Origin: the human T2T-CHM13v2.0 reference genome, Homo sapiens
DNA length: 64,000 nt
Reading direction: 5' to 3' (one strand)
NCBI RefSeq assembly: GCF_009914755.1
Contig: NC_060945.1
The stretch's first letter is position 1. Each line of letters starts with the position of its first letter. Made by a program: the position numbers and the translations under genes. Below are positions 1 through 11,400 of this stretch, in pieces. A model generated the notes under the pieces. The model had not been told where the DNA came from and did not search any database. It saw nothing but the letters and a program-made list of their open reading frames with translations.

Positions 1-3000
1 GCAGAAAAAAAAACAGGAGACCTCGCCTCAGACAAGCGGGGCCTGGGTCCCCCATGGATGAAAGTGCCTTCCCATTATGCTGTACGCTGGGCAGAGTGGA
101 CAGTGACGACCTTAGTTCGAGCCCAGGGTGCGCTTCGGGACCGCTTGCGGTACCAGAAAGCGAACAAATGGTCCATGAGCGGAAGGTGGGCACCTGAGGC
201 AGAGAAAGTAAAGAAACGCGCTGCCGAGAAGCAGTGCCTGGGTCCCTCACGGAGGAAATTGTCTTCTCGTCAGCCCGTTCGCTGGGCACTGACATCCCTG
301 GCGTCTCTGGTTTGATCCCAGGGTACGCCTCGGGCCACTAGTGTTACCCCAAGGTGGGCAGAAAGCCCATAAGGGGAAGGTGAGGCACCTGGGGCAGAGA
401 AAAAAAAAACTTCGCCGCAGAGAAGCGCGGCCTGATTCCCCACGGACGAAAGTGTCTTCTCATCAGTCCCTGCACTGGGACCTGGGGACCCTGGTGTCCC
501 TGGTTCGAGCTCAGTGTGTGCCTCAGCCGCTAAGTGCACCCCAAGGGGAGCTTTGGGAGCACAAAGCCCATGAGGGAAGGTGAGTTTTGAGGGAGGAGTG
601 GTGAGGCACCTGTCACAGAAAAAGAAAAAAAAAACAATACGCGCCACGGAGAAGCAGGGCCTGGGTCCCCCACGATGAAAATGCCTTCCCATCAGCTCCT
701 GCTCTGGGCCCTGTGGACCCTGGAGACCCTGGTTCGAGCCACGGGTGGCCTCGGGCCCGCTAGGAGTACCCCCCGTGCGCCTCTCTGCGCCTGCGCAGGC
801 GCCGTGTGCCTTTGCGAGGGCGGAGCTGCCTTCTCCTCAGCACAGACCCGGAGAGCATTGCCAGGGCGGAGGTGAGTTCTCCTCTGCACAGACTTCGGAG
901 ATACAGCAAAGTGGATCATGTGCTCCTCAGCACAGACCCGGGCGGGCGGGCCAGGGGCACCGCGAGGGCGGAGCTGCGTTCTGCTCAGCACACACCCGGG
1001 GGACACCGCGAAGGCAGAGCAGCGTTCTCAGCACAGACCTTGGGGGCACTGCCTCGCTTTGGGACTACTCAGAGCCGCATCGATGGTGAATAAAATCCTT
1101 CCTGTTTGCAGCCCTGAATAATCAGGGTCAGAGACCAGTTAGAAGGGTTCAGTGTGGAAAACGGGAAAGCAAAAGCCCCTCTGAATCCTACCCACCGAGG
1201 TTCTCCCCAGCCAAGGCGAGGCGGCCGCAGTGCGAGATCCACACCGCAGCCTCGGAAGACAAGCGAGCAGAAATCCCATGAGGGGCAGTTGAGGTTTGAG
1301 GAAGGCGAGGTGAGGCACCTGTAGCAGAAAAAAAAAAAACCGCACCACGGAGAAGCAGAGCCTGGGTCCCCAACTGACAAAAGTGTCTTCCCATTAGCCC
1401 TTGCGCTGGGCCCAGGTGTCCCTGGCATTCCTGGTTCGAGACCAGGGTGCGCTTCAGGCCGCTAGGGGTACCCAAAAGCGGGCAGAAGGCCCATGAGGTG
1501 AAGGTGATGCACCTGGGGCAGAGAAAAAAAAAAAACAACCGCGCCGCGTATAAGCGGGGCCTGGCTCCCCCACAGAAGAAACTGTCCTCACATCAGCGCT
1601 TGCGCTGCACCCCAGGGACCCTGGTATCCCTGGCTCGAGCCCAGCGTGCGCCTCGGCCTGCTAGGGGTACCCCAAGGCAGACAGAAGGCCCATGAGGGAA
1701 AGGTGAAACACCTGGGGCAGAGAAAAAAATAAAAAAACTGCGCCGCCCAGAAGTGGGGCCTGGGTCCCCCACAGACGAACGTCCCTACCCATCAGCCCTG
1801 AACTGGGCCCCGGAGACCCTAGCGTCCCTGGCTCGAAACCAGGGTGCGCTTTGGACCCGCTAGTGGTACCTCAAGGCGGGCAGAAAGCCCATGAGGGGAA
1901 GGTGAGGCACCTGGGGAAAAGCGAAAAAAACAAAAACAAAAACAAAAACGTCGCAGAGAAGCAGAGCCTGGGTCCCCGAGGAAGAAAGTGTCTTCGCATC
2001 AGCCCTTGCGCTGGGCCCCGGGGACCCTGGTGTCCCAGTTTCGAACCCAGGGTGTGCGTCTGGCCACTAGGGGTACCCCAAGTCGGACAGAAGGCCTATG
2101 AGGGGAAGGTGAGGTTTGAGGGAGGAGACGTGAGGCAACTGTGTCAGAAAAAAAAAAAAAAAAAAAAAACACGCCGCGGAGAAGCGGGGCCTGGGTCCCC
2201 AACGGACGAAAGTGCCTTCCCATCAGCCCCTGCGCTGGGCCCCATGGACACTGGCGACCCTGGTTAGAGCCCAGGGTGCGCCTCGTGCCCAATAGGGGTA
2301 TCCCAAAGCGGGCAGAATGCTCATTAGGGGAAGGTGAGACACCTGGGGCAGAGAAAAAAAAAACTGCGCCGCAAAGAAGCGGGACCTGGGTCCCCCACGG
2401 ATGAAAGTGTCTTCCCATCAGCCCCTGCCCTGGGCCCCATGGACCCTGGCAACCCTGGTTCGAGCCCCAGGTGCGCCTCGCGCCCGCTAGGGTTACCCAG
2501 AAGCCGGCAGAAGGCCCATGAGAGGAAGGTGAGACACCTGGGGCAAAGGAAAAAAAAAACCGCGCTGCAGAGAAGCGAGGCCTGGCTCCTCCACGGACGA
2601 AGGTGTCTTCCCATCAGCCCCTGCGCTGGGCCCTGGGGAACCTGGTGTCCCTGGCTGGAAACCAGGGTGCACCTCGGACCTGCTAGGGGTACCCCAAGGA
2701 GAGCAGAAAGCCCATGAGGGGAAGGTGAGGCACCTGCGGCAGAGAAAGAAGAAAAACCGCGCCGCGGAGAAGCGGGGCCTGGGTCCCCCACTGACGAAAG
2801 TGTCTTTCTGTCAGCCCTTGAGCTGGGTCCCGAGGACGCTGACATCCCTGGTTCGAGCCCACGCTGCGCCTCAGGCTGCTACGAGTACCCCAAGGAGGAA
2901 AGAAGGCCCAAAAGTTTCAGCTGAGGTTTGAGGGAGGAGAGATGAGGCACCTGTGGCAGAAAAAAAAAAAAAAAAACGCGCAGCGGAGAACCGGTGCCTG

Positions 3001-5403
3001 GGTCGAAAGTGCCTTCCCATCAGCCACTGCGCTTGGCCCCATGGAACCTGGCCTCCATGGTTCGAGCCCAGGGTGCGCCTCGGGCCGCTACCGGTACCCC
3101 AAAGTGTGCAGAAGGCCCATGAGGGGAAGGTGAGGCACCTGGGGCAGAGAAAAAAAAAACCTCGCCGCGGAGAAGCGGGGACTGGGTCCCCCCCACGGAC
3201 GAAAGTGTCTTCCCATCAGCCCTTGCGCTGGGCCCCAGGGACCCTGGCTTCCCTGGTTCGAGCCCACAGTGCACCTCGGGCCGCTAGGTGTACCCCAAGG
3301 CAGACAGAAGGCCCATGAGGGGAAGGTGAGGTTTGAGGGAGGAGCGGTGAGGCACCTGTGGCAGAAAAAAAAAAAACGCGCCACGGAGAAGCAGGGCATG
3401 GGTCCCCCACGGACGAAAGTGCCTTCCCATCAGGCCCTGCGCTGAGCCCCGTGGACCCTGGCGACCTTGGCTCAAACCCAGGGTGCGCCTCGGGCGGTTA
3501 GGGGTACCCCAAGGCGGGCAGAAAGCCCATGAGGGGAAGTTGAGGTTTGAGGGAGGAGAGGTGAGGCACCTGTGGCAGGAAAAAAAAAAAAAAAAAAACC
3601 GCACCGCAGAGAAGCGGGGCTTGGGTCCGGCACGGACGAAAGTGTCTTCCCATCAGCCCTTGCGCTGCGCCCCGGGGACCCTGACGACCCTGATTCGAGC
3701 CGAGGGTGCGCCTCGGTCCACTAGGGGTACCCCAAAGCAGGCAGATGGCTCATGAGGGGAAGGTGAGGTACCTGGGGAAGCCAAAAGAAAAAAAAAACTG
3801 CGCCGCGGAGAAGCGGTGCCTGGGTCCCCCACGGACGAAAGTGTCTTCCTATCAGCCCTTGCACTGGGCCCCGGGAACCCTGGCGTCCCTGGTTCGACCT
3901 CATGGTTCGCCTTGGGCCGCTAGGGGTACCCCAAGGCGGGCAGAAGGCCCATGAGGCAAAGGTGAGGTTTGAGGGAGGAGAGGTGAGGCACCTGTGGCAG
4001 AAAAAAAAAACGCGCCACGGAGAAGGGGGGCCTGGGTCCCCCATTGACGAAAGTGCTTTACCATTAGCCCCTGCGCTTGGCCCCGTGCACCCTGGCGACC
4101 CTGGTTCGAACCCAGTGTGCGCCTCGGGCCGCTAGCCGTACCCCAAAGTGGGCAGAAGCCCATGAGGGGAAGGTGAGGCACCTGGGGCGGAGAAAAAAGG
4201 AAAAAACCTCGCCACGGAGAAGGGAGGCCTGGGTTCCCCACGAAAGAAAGTGCCTTCCCATCAGACCCGGTGCTAGGCCCCAGGGACCCTGGCATCCCTG
4301 GTTCGAGCCCAGGGTGCGCCTCGGGCCGCTGGGGGTACCCCAAGGCGGACAGAAAGCCCATGAGGGGAAGGTGAGGCACCTGTGGCAGAAAAAAAAAAAA
4401 ACCGCGCCGCAGTGAAGCTGGGCCTGGGTCCCCCACTTACGAAAGTGCCTTCCCATCAGGCCTTGCGCTGGACCTCGCGGACACTGGTGACCCTGGTTCG
4501 AGCCCAGGGTGCGCCTTGGGCCCGCTAGGGTTACCCAGAAGCGGGCAGAAGGCCCATGAGGGGTAGGTGAGGCACCTGAGGCAGAGAAAAAAAAAACTAT
4601 GCCGCGGAGAAGCGGGGCCTGGGTCCCCCACGGAAGAAAGTGTCTTCCCATCAGCCCCTGAGCTGGGCCCACGGGACCCTGGCATCCCTGGTTCAAACCA
4701 GGGTGCGCTTCGGGCCTCTTGGGGTACCCCATGGTGGGCAGAAAGCCTATAAGGGGAAGGTGAGGTTTGAGGGAGGAGAGGTATGGCACCTGTGGCATAA
4801 AAGAAAAAAAAAAAACCGCGCCACAGAGAAGCAGGGCCTGTGTCCCCCAAGGACGAAAGTGCCTTCTCATCTGCCCTTGTGCTGGGCCCCGGGGACCCTG
4901 TCATCCCTGGCTCGAATCCAGGGTGCGCCTCTGGCCTGCTAGGGGTAACCCAAAGCGGGCAGAAGGCGCATGAGGGGAAGGTGAGTCACCTGGGGCAGAG
5001 AAAAAAAAAAACAGCACTGCGGAGAAGCGGGGCCTGGGTCCCCCACGGGTGAAAGTGTCTCCCCATCAGCCCTTGCGCTGTGCCCTGGGGACCCTGGCAT
5101 CCCTGGTTCGAGCCCAGGGTGCGCCTCGGGCCACCAGGGGTACCACAAGGTGGACAGAAGGCCCACGAGGGAAAGGTGAGGCACCTGGGGCAGAGAAAAA
5201 AAACTGTGCCACGGAGAAGCGGGGACTGGGCCCCCACGGACGAGAGTGTATTCCCATGAACCCTTGCGCTGAGCCCCAGGGACCCTGGCGTCCCTGGTTC
5301 GAGTCCAGTGTGCACCTAAGGCGGCTAGGGGTACCCCAAGTCGAACAGAAGGCCCATGAGGGGAAGTGAGGTTTCAGGGAGTAGAGGTGAGGCACCTGTG
5401 GCA
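1..5403. repeat. GC/CpG-rich gamma satellite (GSATII-like) tandem array, ~25 monomers of ~195-220 bp
   Basis: CATGAGGGGAAGGTGAGG..CACCTG(G/T)GGCAG-A(n)-CCGCGCC..GGACGAAAGTG..CCTGGTTCGAGCCCAGGG recurs at about 369, 569, 1277, 1492, 1691, 1890, 2097, 2322, 2517, 2713, 3118, 3314, 3528, 3750, 3950, 4160, 4359, 4555, 4748, 4969, 5163, 5355. The family name rests on monomer size, GC content and the TAR1 association. Confidence 0.8.
773..1262 (+). repeat. TAR1 telomere-associated repeat fragment (one 29-bp-type unit, several 37-bp-type units, distal unique part)
   Basis: CTCTCTGCGCCTGCGC, then repeated GCGAGGGCGGAGCTGCGTTCTCCTCAGCACAGACCCGG-like units, then GGTGAATAAAATC..GTGTGGAAAACGGGAAA..CCTCGGAAGACAA, as in human subtelomeres. 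No TTAGGG tract. Confidence 0.9.
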
Positions 5404-8400
5404 GGTGTCCATCTGTAAACTACTTATCCATGTGAGCCCTGATGTCCACCAGGGGCTGGATGTCCCCCTGGGGCTAGATGTTCGCCTGGAGCCTGGTGCC
5501 CACCTGGGGCCTGATATCCAGGAGAGGCTTAGTTATCCACCTATGGCCATCTGGAGCCAGATGCCCACCTGAGGTCTGGTGTACACCTAAGGCCCGATCT
5601 CTACCTGGGGCTTGGGTGTTCATGTGGGGCCTGATGTCCACCTAAGACCATGTGTTCACCTGGAGCCTGGGTGACCATCTGGGTTATGATGTTCAGCTGG
5701 GGCCCAGAGTTCAGCTAGGGACTGGGTCAACCTTCTGCTTGTTGCACACCTGGGGACTAGGTACCCACCTGGGCTCCAGTGTTCACTGGGGCCTTGTATT
5801 TACCTAGGACCAGTGCATCCATCTGGGGTCTGAGTGCCCTCATGGAGCCTGGAGTTTTCCTGGGGACTGGGGTCTGCCTTAGGCTTAAGTGTACATCTGT
5901 GGCCTCATGTCCACCTTGGGACAGATGTCCACCTGGGGACGGATATTCAGTAGGGGCCTGAGTGTCCACCTGGTTTTTGATGTCTACCTGGGGCCTGGTG
6001 TTCATCTGAGGTGTGATATCCACCTGGGGCCTGGACATTTGCCTGGAACCTGATGTACAGCTGGTGCCTGAAGTTCGTCTATGCCTGGTGTCTCCCTGGG
6101 GCCAGGTAGTCAAACACAGGGCCTGAATACCTTCTAGAGTTCAGTGTTCACCTGGGGTCCGAAGTCCACTTAGGGCTTGGGTGTCCAAATAGGGCCTGGT
6201 GTCAGCTTGAGATTTGTGTATTTACCTAGGGCCTGGTTGTCCACTTGGGGCTTGATTTTTCACTTGGTTTTTGTGTTAATCAGGGGTCTAGTGTCCACCT
6301 GGGGCCTGGGTATCCACCTAGGGACTATTGTCCGGCTGGAGACTAATGACTAACTATGGCCTGGTAATCACCTAAGGCTTTGTTTCACTTAGGTACTTGG
6401 TGCCAAACTGTTGCCTGCTGTTCACCTGGGGTATGGTGTCCACCTGGGGTCTGGATGTCAGCCTGGGGCTTGTTGTATACATGTATCTTAGATATCCAGA
6501 TAAGGGTCTGTTTTCTGCTTAGGTGCAGCAGTCCATCTGGTGCTTGAGTGTCAACCTAAGGCCTGATGTCTATGTTGGACCTTGGGTTCACCTGAGGCCT
6601 GATATCCACCTGGGGCCTCAATGTCCAAATGGGGCCTGATGCCCATCTGGGTCCTGGGTGTCCACCTGCAGCATGGATGTCCACTGGTACTTTATGTCCA
6701 CCAGGGGCCTAATGTCCACCTAAGACCTGGTGTTCACCTGGGGTCTGATGTTCAGCTGAAGACAGGATGTCCACCTGGAGCCGAGGAATCCACCCAGGGA
6801 CTGGTGTTGAACTGGGGCCTGATGACCACCCGGGGACAAGGTACACATCAGGCTTGTTGTCCACCTGTCACCAGATGTCCACCTGAGTCCTGATGTCCAT
6901 CTTGATCCTGTTTGTCCACATTAGGCCTGATGTCCAGCTGGGGCCTAGGTACCCACTGGGGGCTTCCTGTTAACCTGGGGACTGGTGTCATTCTGGGGCC
7001 TAATGACCACCTGGGTTGTATTATTCACCTAGGGCCTGGTGTCCACTTGGGGCTTGAGTGTAACCTTGGACCTGGCACCCACATAGGATTGGGTATCAAA
7101 CTGGCCCCTTGGTGTCCAGTTAAGACATCATGTGAACCTGGCGCCTGAGTGTCCACATGGGTCCAAATGACTACTGGGGGCCTGAATGTCAACCTAGAAT
7201 CTGAGGTTTACTAGGGGCCTAGGTATCCACCTGGGGCCCAATGTCCACCTGAGCCTGGGTGTCAACCTGGGGCCTGATGTAAACCTCTAGTTCACTATCC
7301 ACCTTGGGCTTAATGTCAACCTGGAGCCCGATGTCCACCTGAGTACTGATGTTCACCTTTGACCTGATGTCCACCTGTGGACTGTTTATCCACCCATGGC
7401 CTGATGTTCACCTGGGGCTGAATGTCCAACTGTGACCTGTTGTGCACCTGGAACCTAGGCATCCACCTGCAGCCTGATGTTCAGCTGGGCTGGGACCTGG
7501 AGTTCACCTGAGGCATGATGTCCACCTGAAGCTTGATGTTCACCTGGGGGCTGGGTGTCCACTTGGGGCCCAATATCCACCTGGAGACTAGGTACCCACC
7601 TGGGATCTGGTGTTCACTCAAGATTGGTGTTCAGCTGTGGCCTAATGACCACCTGGGTCACGGTGTCTACCTTGGACTGGGTGCTCACCTGGAGCCAGTG
7701 TTCACTGGGGGCCTAGTGTGCACCTGAGACTGGGGGATGCACCTGGGGCCTGGTGTCTACCTGGTGCCTAGGTATCCACTTGGGGCCTAATGTTCATCTG
7801 GAATCTGATATCCACCTGGGGCCTTGTAATTACCTGGGTTCTGGGCATCCACCTAGGGCTTGAGTATCCTCCTGGGGCCTTGAGTTTTACTAGGGACTCG
7901 TGTCTGCCTTGGACCTGGGTGTATATCTGTTACCTAATGTACACCTTGAGAGTGATGTCAACCTGGGGACAGATGTCCTCTTGGGGTCTGAGTGTACACC
8001 TGGTGTCTGATGTCTGCCTGGGGACTTGTGTTCACCTTAGACCTGATATTCACCTGGGGACTGGGCGTCCACGAGGGGCTGATGTTCAGCTGGACACTGG
8101 ATATCCACCTGGGGCTTGGGGATCCATCCAGAAACTGATGTCAAACTGGGGCCTGATGTCTACCTGCGGACTAGGTATCCATGTGAGGCTTGATGTTCAT
8201 CCACGGCCAGACGTCCATCTGATGCTTGATGTCCACCTTACTCCTGGGTGTCTACTAGAGACCTCATGTCCAACTAGAATTTAGGAACCTACTGGGGGCC
8301 TCGTGTAAACCTGGGGACTGGTATGAAGCTGGGTCCTAATGATCCCCTGGGTCATATTATTCACCTAGGGCCTCATGTCCACTTGGGGCTTCAGTGTCAA

Positions 8401-11400
8401 ACTTAGGTCTTGTGTTCATCTTTGACCTGGTGTACACCTGGGACACCTACGGACTTGGTGTCCAATTGAGGTGTCATGACCACCTGGGGACTGAATGTCA
8501 ATCTGGGGTCTGATGTAAACCTCTAGTTCAGTATCCACCTGGGGTCAGATGTCTTCCTAGAGACTTATATTCACTTTTGACCTGATGTCCACCTGGGGAC
8601 TTGTTATCCATCCATGGTCTGATATTCACCTGGAGACAGATGTTCAACTGTGGTCAGAAGTGCTCCTGGGGTCTGGGCTTCCACCTGGAGCCTGATGTTT
8701 AGCTGGGGCTAGAGTTCACATGGAGAATGATGTCCACCTGAAGTTTGATGTTTACCTGGGGCCTGATACCTACCTGGTGCCCAAGTATTCTCATGTGCCT
8801 AACATCCACTAGTTGGCCTGATGTTCATCTGAGGGCTTGGTGTCAACCAGTGGCTTTATGTACACCTGGATTCTAGTGTCCTCCTGGGGTCTTATGCCTA
8901 CCAGGAGTCTGGTGTACCCCTGGGGTCTAGTATCCACCTGCAGTCTGGGCGTCCACCTGGAGCCTAATGTTGAGGTTAGACTGAGTGTCAGCCTGAGGCC
9001 TGATGTCTACTAGGGCATAGATATTCACCTGGGGCTTGTTGTTTACCTGGGGACTAATGTCAACCTTGAGCCTAGGTATCCACCTGGGGAATAGTGTCCA
9101 GTTGCAGCCAGATGTCCACCTATGGCCTGAAGCATGGTTGTTATCCTAAGTCCTTGTATTAGTCCATTTTCACACTGTTATAAAAAACTACCTGATATTG
9201 GGCAACTTATGAGGAAAAGAGGTTTAACTGACCCACAGTTCTTCAGGCTTAATAGGGAGCATGACTGGGCGGGCTCAGGACACTTACAATCATGATGTAA
9301 AGCCCTTTTTACCATGTGGGAGGAGGAGGGAGACAGAAGGGGGATGTGCTACACACTTTCAAATAACCAGGTCTCGTAAGAACTCTATCACGAGAACACC
9401 AAGTGGGAAGTCTGCCCCCATGATTCAATCACCATTCACCAGGCTCATTCTTCAACCCATGGGGATTACAATTCAACATGAGATTTGGGTGGAGACATAG
9501 AGCCAATATCAGGCCTGATGCCCGCCTGGAGTCATGTCTACCTGAGGCCTAATGTAGACATGAGGCCTGGGCATTCACCTAGGACCTCATGTTAAGATAG
9601 GGGCTGGAGTTCTTTTGGTGCCTAGTGTATACCTGGGGCCCAGATGTATAACTAGAACCTGATGTTTCAGATGGAAACCTGGGCCCCAGGTGCTCATCAG
9701 ATCCCACGTGAAAACTCAGGCTTCAGGTGCACATCAGACTCCAAGTGGACACATAGGCCCTAGGTTGATACCAAGATTTCAGGTAGACTCTGGGTCCCAG
9801 AAAAACACCCCGCCCTAGGTGGACAGCTGAACCTGAGTAGACATCAGGCCCCGGATTGACATCTGGCCTCAGGTAGATTCCTAGGCCCAAGGTGAATACT
9901 CAGTCTCCTGCCCTAGGGGAATTCAGTCTTAGGTGATTAAGGACTGGTGTTCCTCTGGGGCCTCATGTCTACCTGGGCCCTGGGAGTGCACATGGAGCCA
10001 GATGTCTATAAAGGGCCTGAGTGTCCACTAGGGCCTGAGGTTCACCAGGAGCATAGACATCCACCTAGGACCTCGTGTCCACCTAAAACCTGGTGTTCAC
10101 CTGGGGCCTGGGTGACAACCTGGGATCTGATGTTCACCTGAGGCCCAGAGTTCAGCTGGTGCCTATGTCAGCCTGGCACCTGATACACACGAGATGACTA
10201 GGTGCCCACCTGAGGACTGGTGTTCATGGGGAACTGGTGTTCAGCTGTGGCTTGATGAGCAACTGGGTCCTGGTGTCCTCCTGGCAACTGATGTCCACCT
10301 GGGACTTCATGCTTACCTAGGGCCTGGTGTTCCCCTGGGGCCTGGTGTGCCCCTGAGATCTGGGGTCCACCTGGGCCTAGTATCCACTTGGGGGCCTCAT
10401 ATCCATCTGGAACATCATGTCCACTTGGGGCCTTGTAGTTACCTAGGGACTGGGTGTCCTTCTGGCACTTGGGTGTCCTCCTGGGGCCTGGGGTTCTCCT
10501 GGGGCCTGGGTGTACATCTCTGGCCTGATGTCCACCTTGGGTGGATGTCCACCTGGGGACAGATGTTCACTTGTGGCTTGAGTGTCCATCTCGTGTCTAA
10601 TGTCTACCTGGGGCCTGGTGTTTGCCTGAGGCCTTATATCCACCTGGGGCCTGGGCATCCATTTGAGGCCTGATGTCTACCTAAGACCTGGTGTTTAACT
10701 GGGGCACAGACTTCTTCCTGGAGCCTGACGTTCATCTGGAGCCTGAAGTTCACCTGTGCTTGTTGTCTACCTGAGGCCTATGTGTCAACCTAGTGCCTGA
10801 TGACCACCCTGAGTTCAGTGTTCACCTGGGGCCTGACATCTGTCTGGAGTCTGGGTGTCCACATAGGGCCTGATGTTGGCTTGGGACCAAAGTATTTACC
10901 TAGGGCCTGGGTGTCTACTTACAGCCTGACTTCTACATGGTTCATTGTGTCAACCTGGGGCCTGATGTCCACTTAGGTCCTAGGTAAGCTCCTTATGACT
11001 AAAGTCCACATGGGGGCTGAAACCATCTCAGACCTTGAACCTAGGGCTTAGTGTCGACCTGAGACCTGGTGACCCCCTGGGGTCAAGGTATCCACCTTGG
11101 GCCTGATGACCAACTGGGGTTTAAGGATCTACCTAGAGACTGGTGTCAACCTGGAACCTGATGTCCACTTGGGGTCTGGTGTACACCTTGGGCCTGATGC
11201 CCACCTTGGCACAGGTGTACACTTTGGGCCTAGTGTGCACCTGAAGCCTGGCTGTCAACCTGGGTCTTGATGCACACCTTTAGTCAAGTGTTAAACTGGG
11301 GCCTGATGAAATACTGGAGCCTGATTTACACCTGTGTACTGGGTCTCCACCTGGGGCCTGATGTCCACCTGCAGCCAGATATCCACCTGGCACCAGATGT

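Noticed and set aside
420-5260. Hammerhead-ribozyme-like motif in the monomers (GTCC-cccac-GGAC-GAAA on +; CTGATGRG on -)
   Set aside because: On + the CUGANGA core is missing before stem II (reads CCTGG). On - there is no GAAA after the stem. No complete core on either strand; an Infernal search would settle it.
110-5310. tRNA genes in the satellite
   Set aside because: Only a T-arm/B-box is present. No acceptor stem, D-arm/A-box or anticodon arm could be built.
58-5395. Dozens of overlapping ORFs (up to 268 aa) in the gamma satellite
   Set aside because: They come from a stop-poor GC-rich repeat; poly-K/F runs reflect A-tracts of variable length that break the frame.
1-5403. ACRO1 or SST1 identity for the first array
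   Set aside because: The ~195-220 bp period fits neither ACRO1 (~147 bp) nor SST1 (kb-scale).
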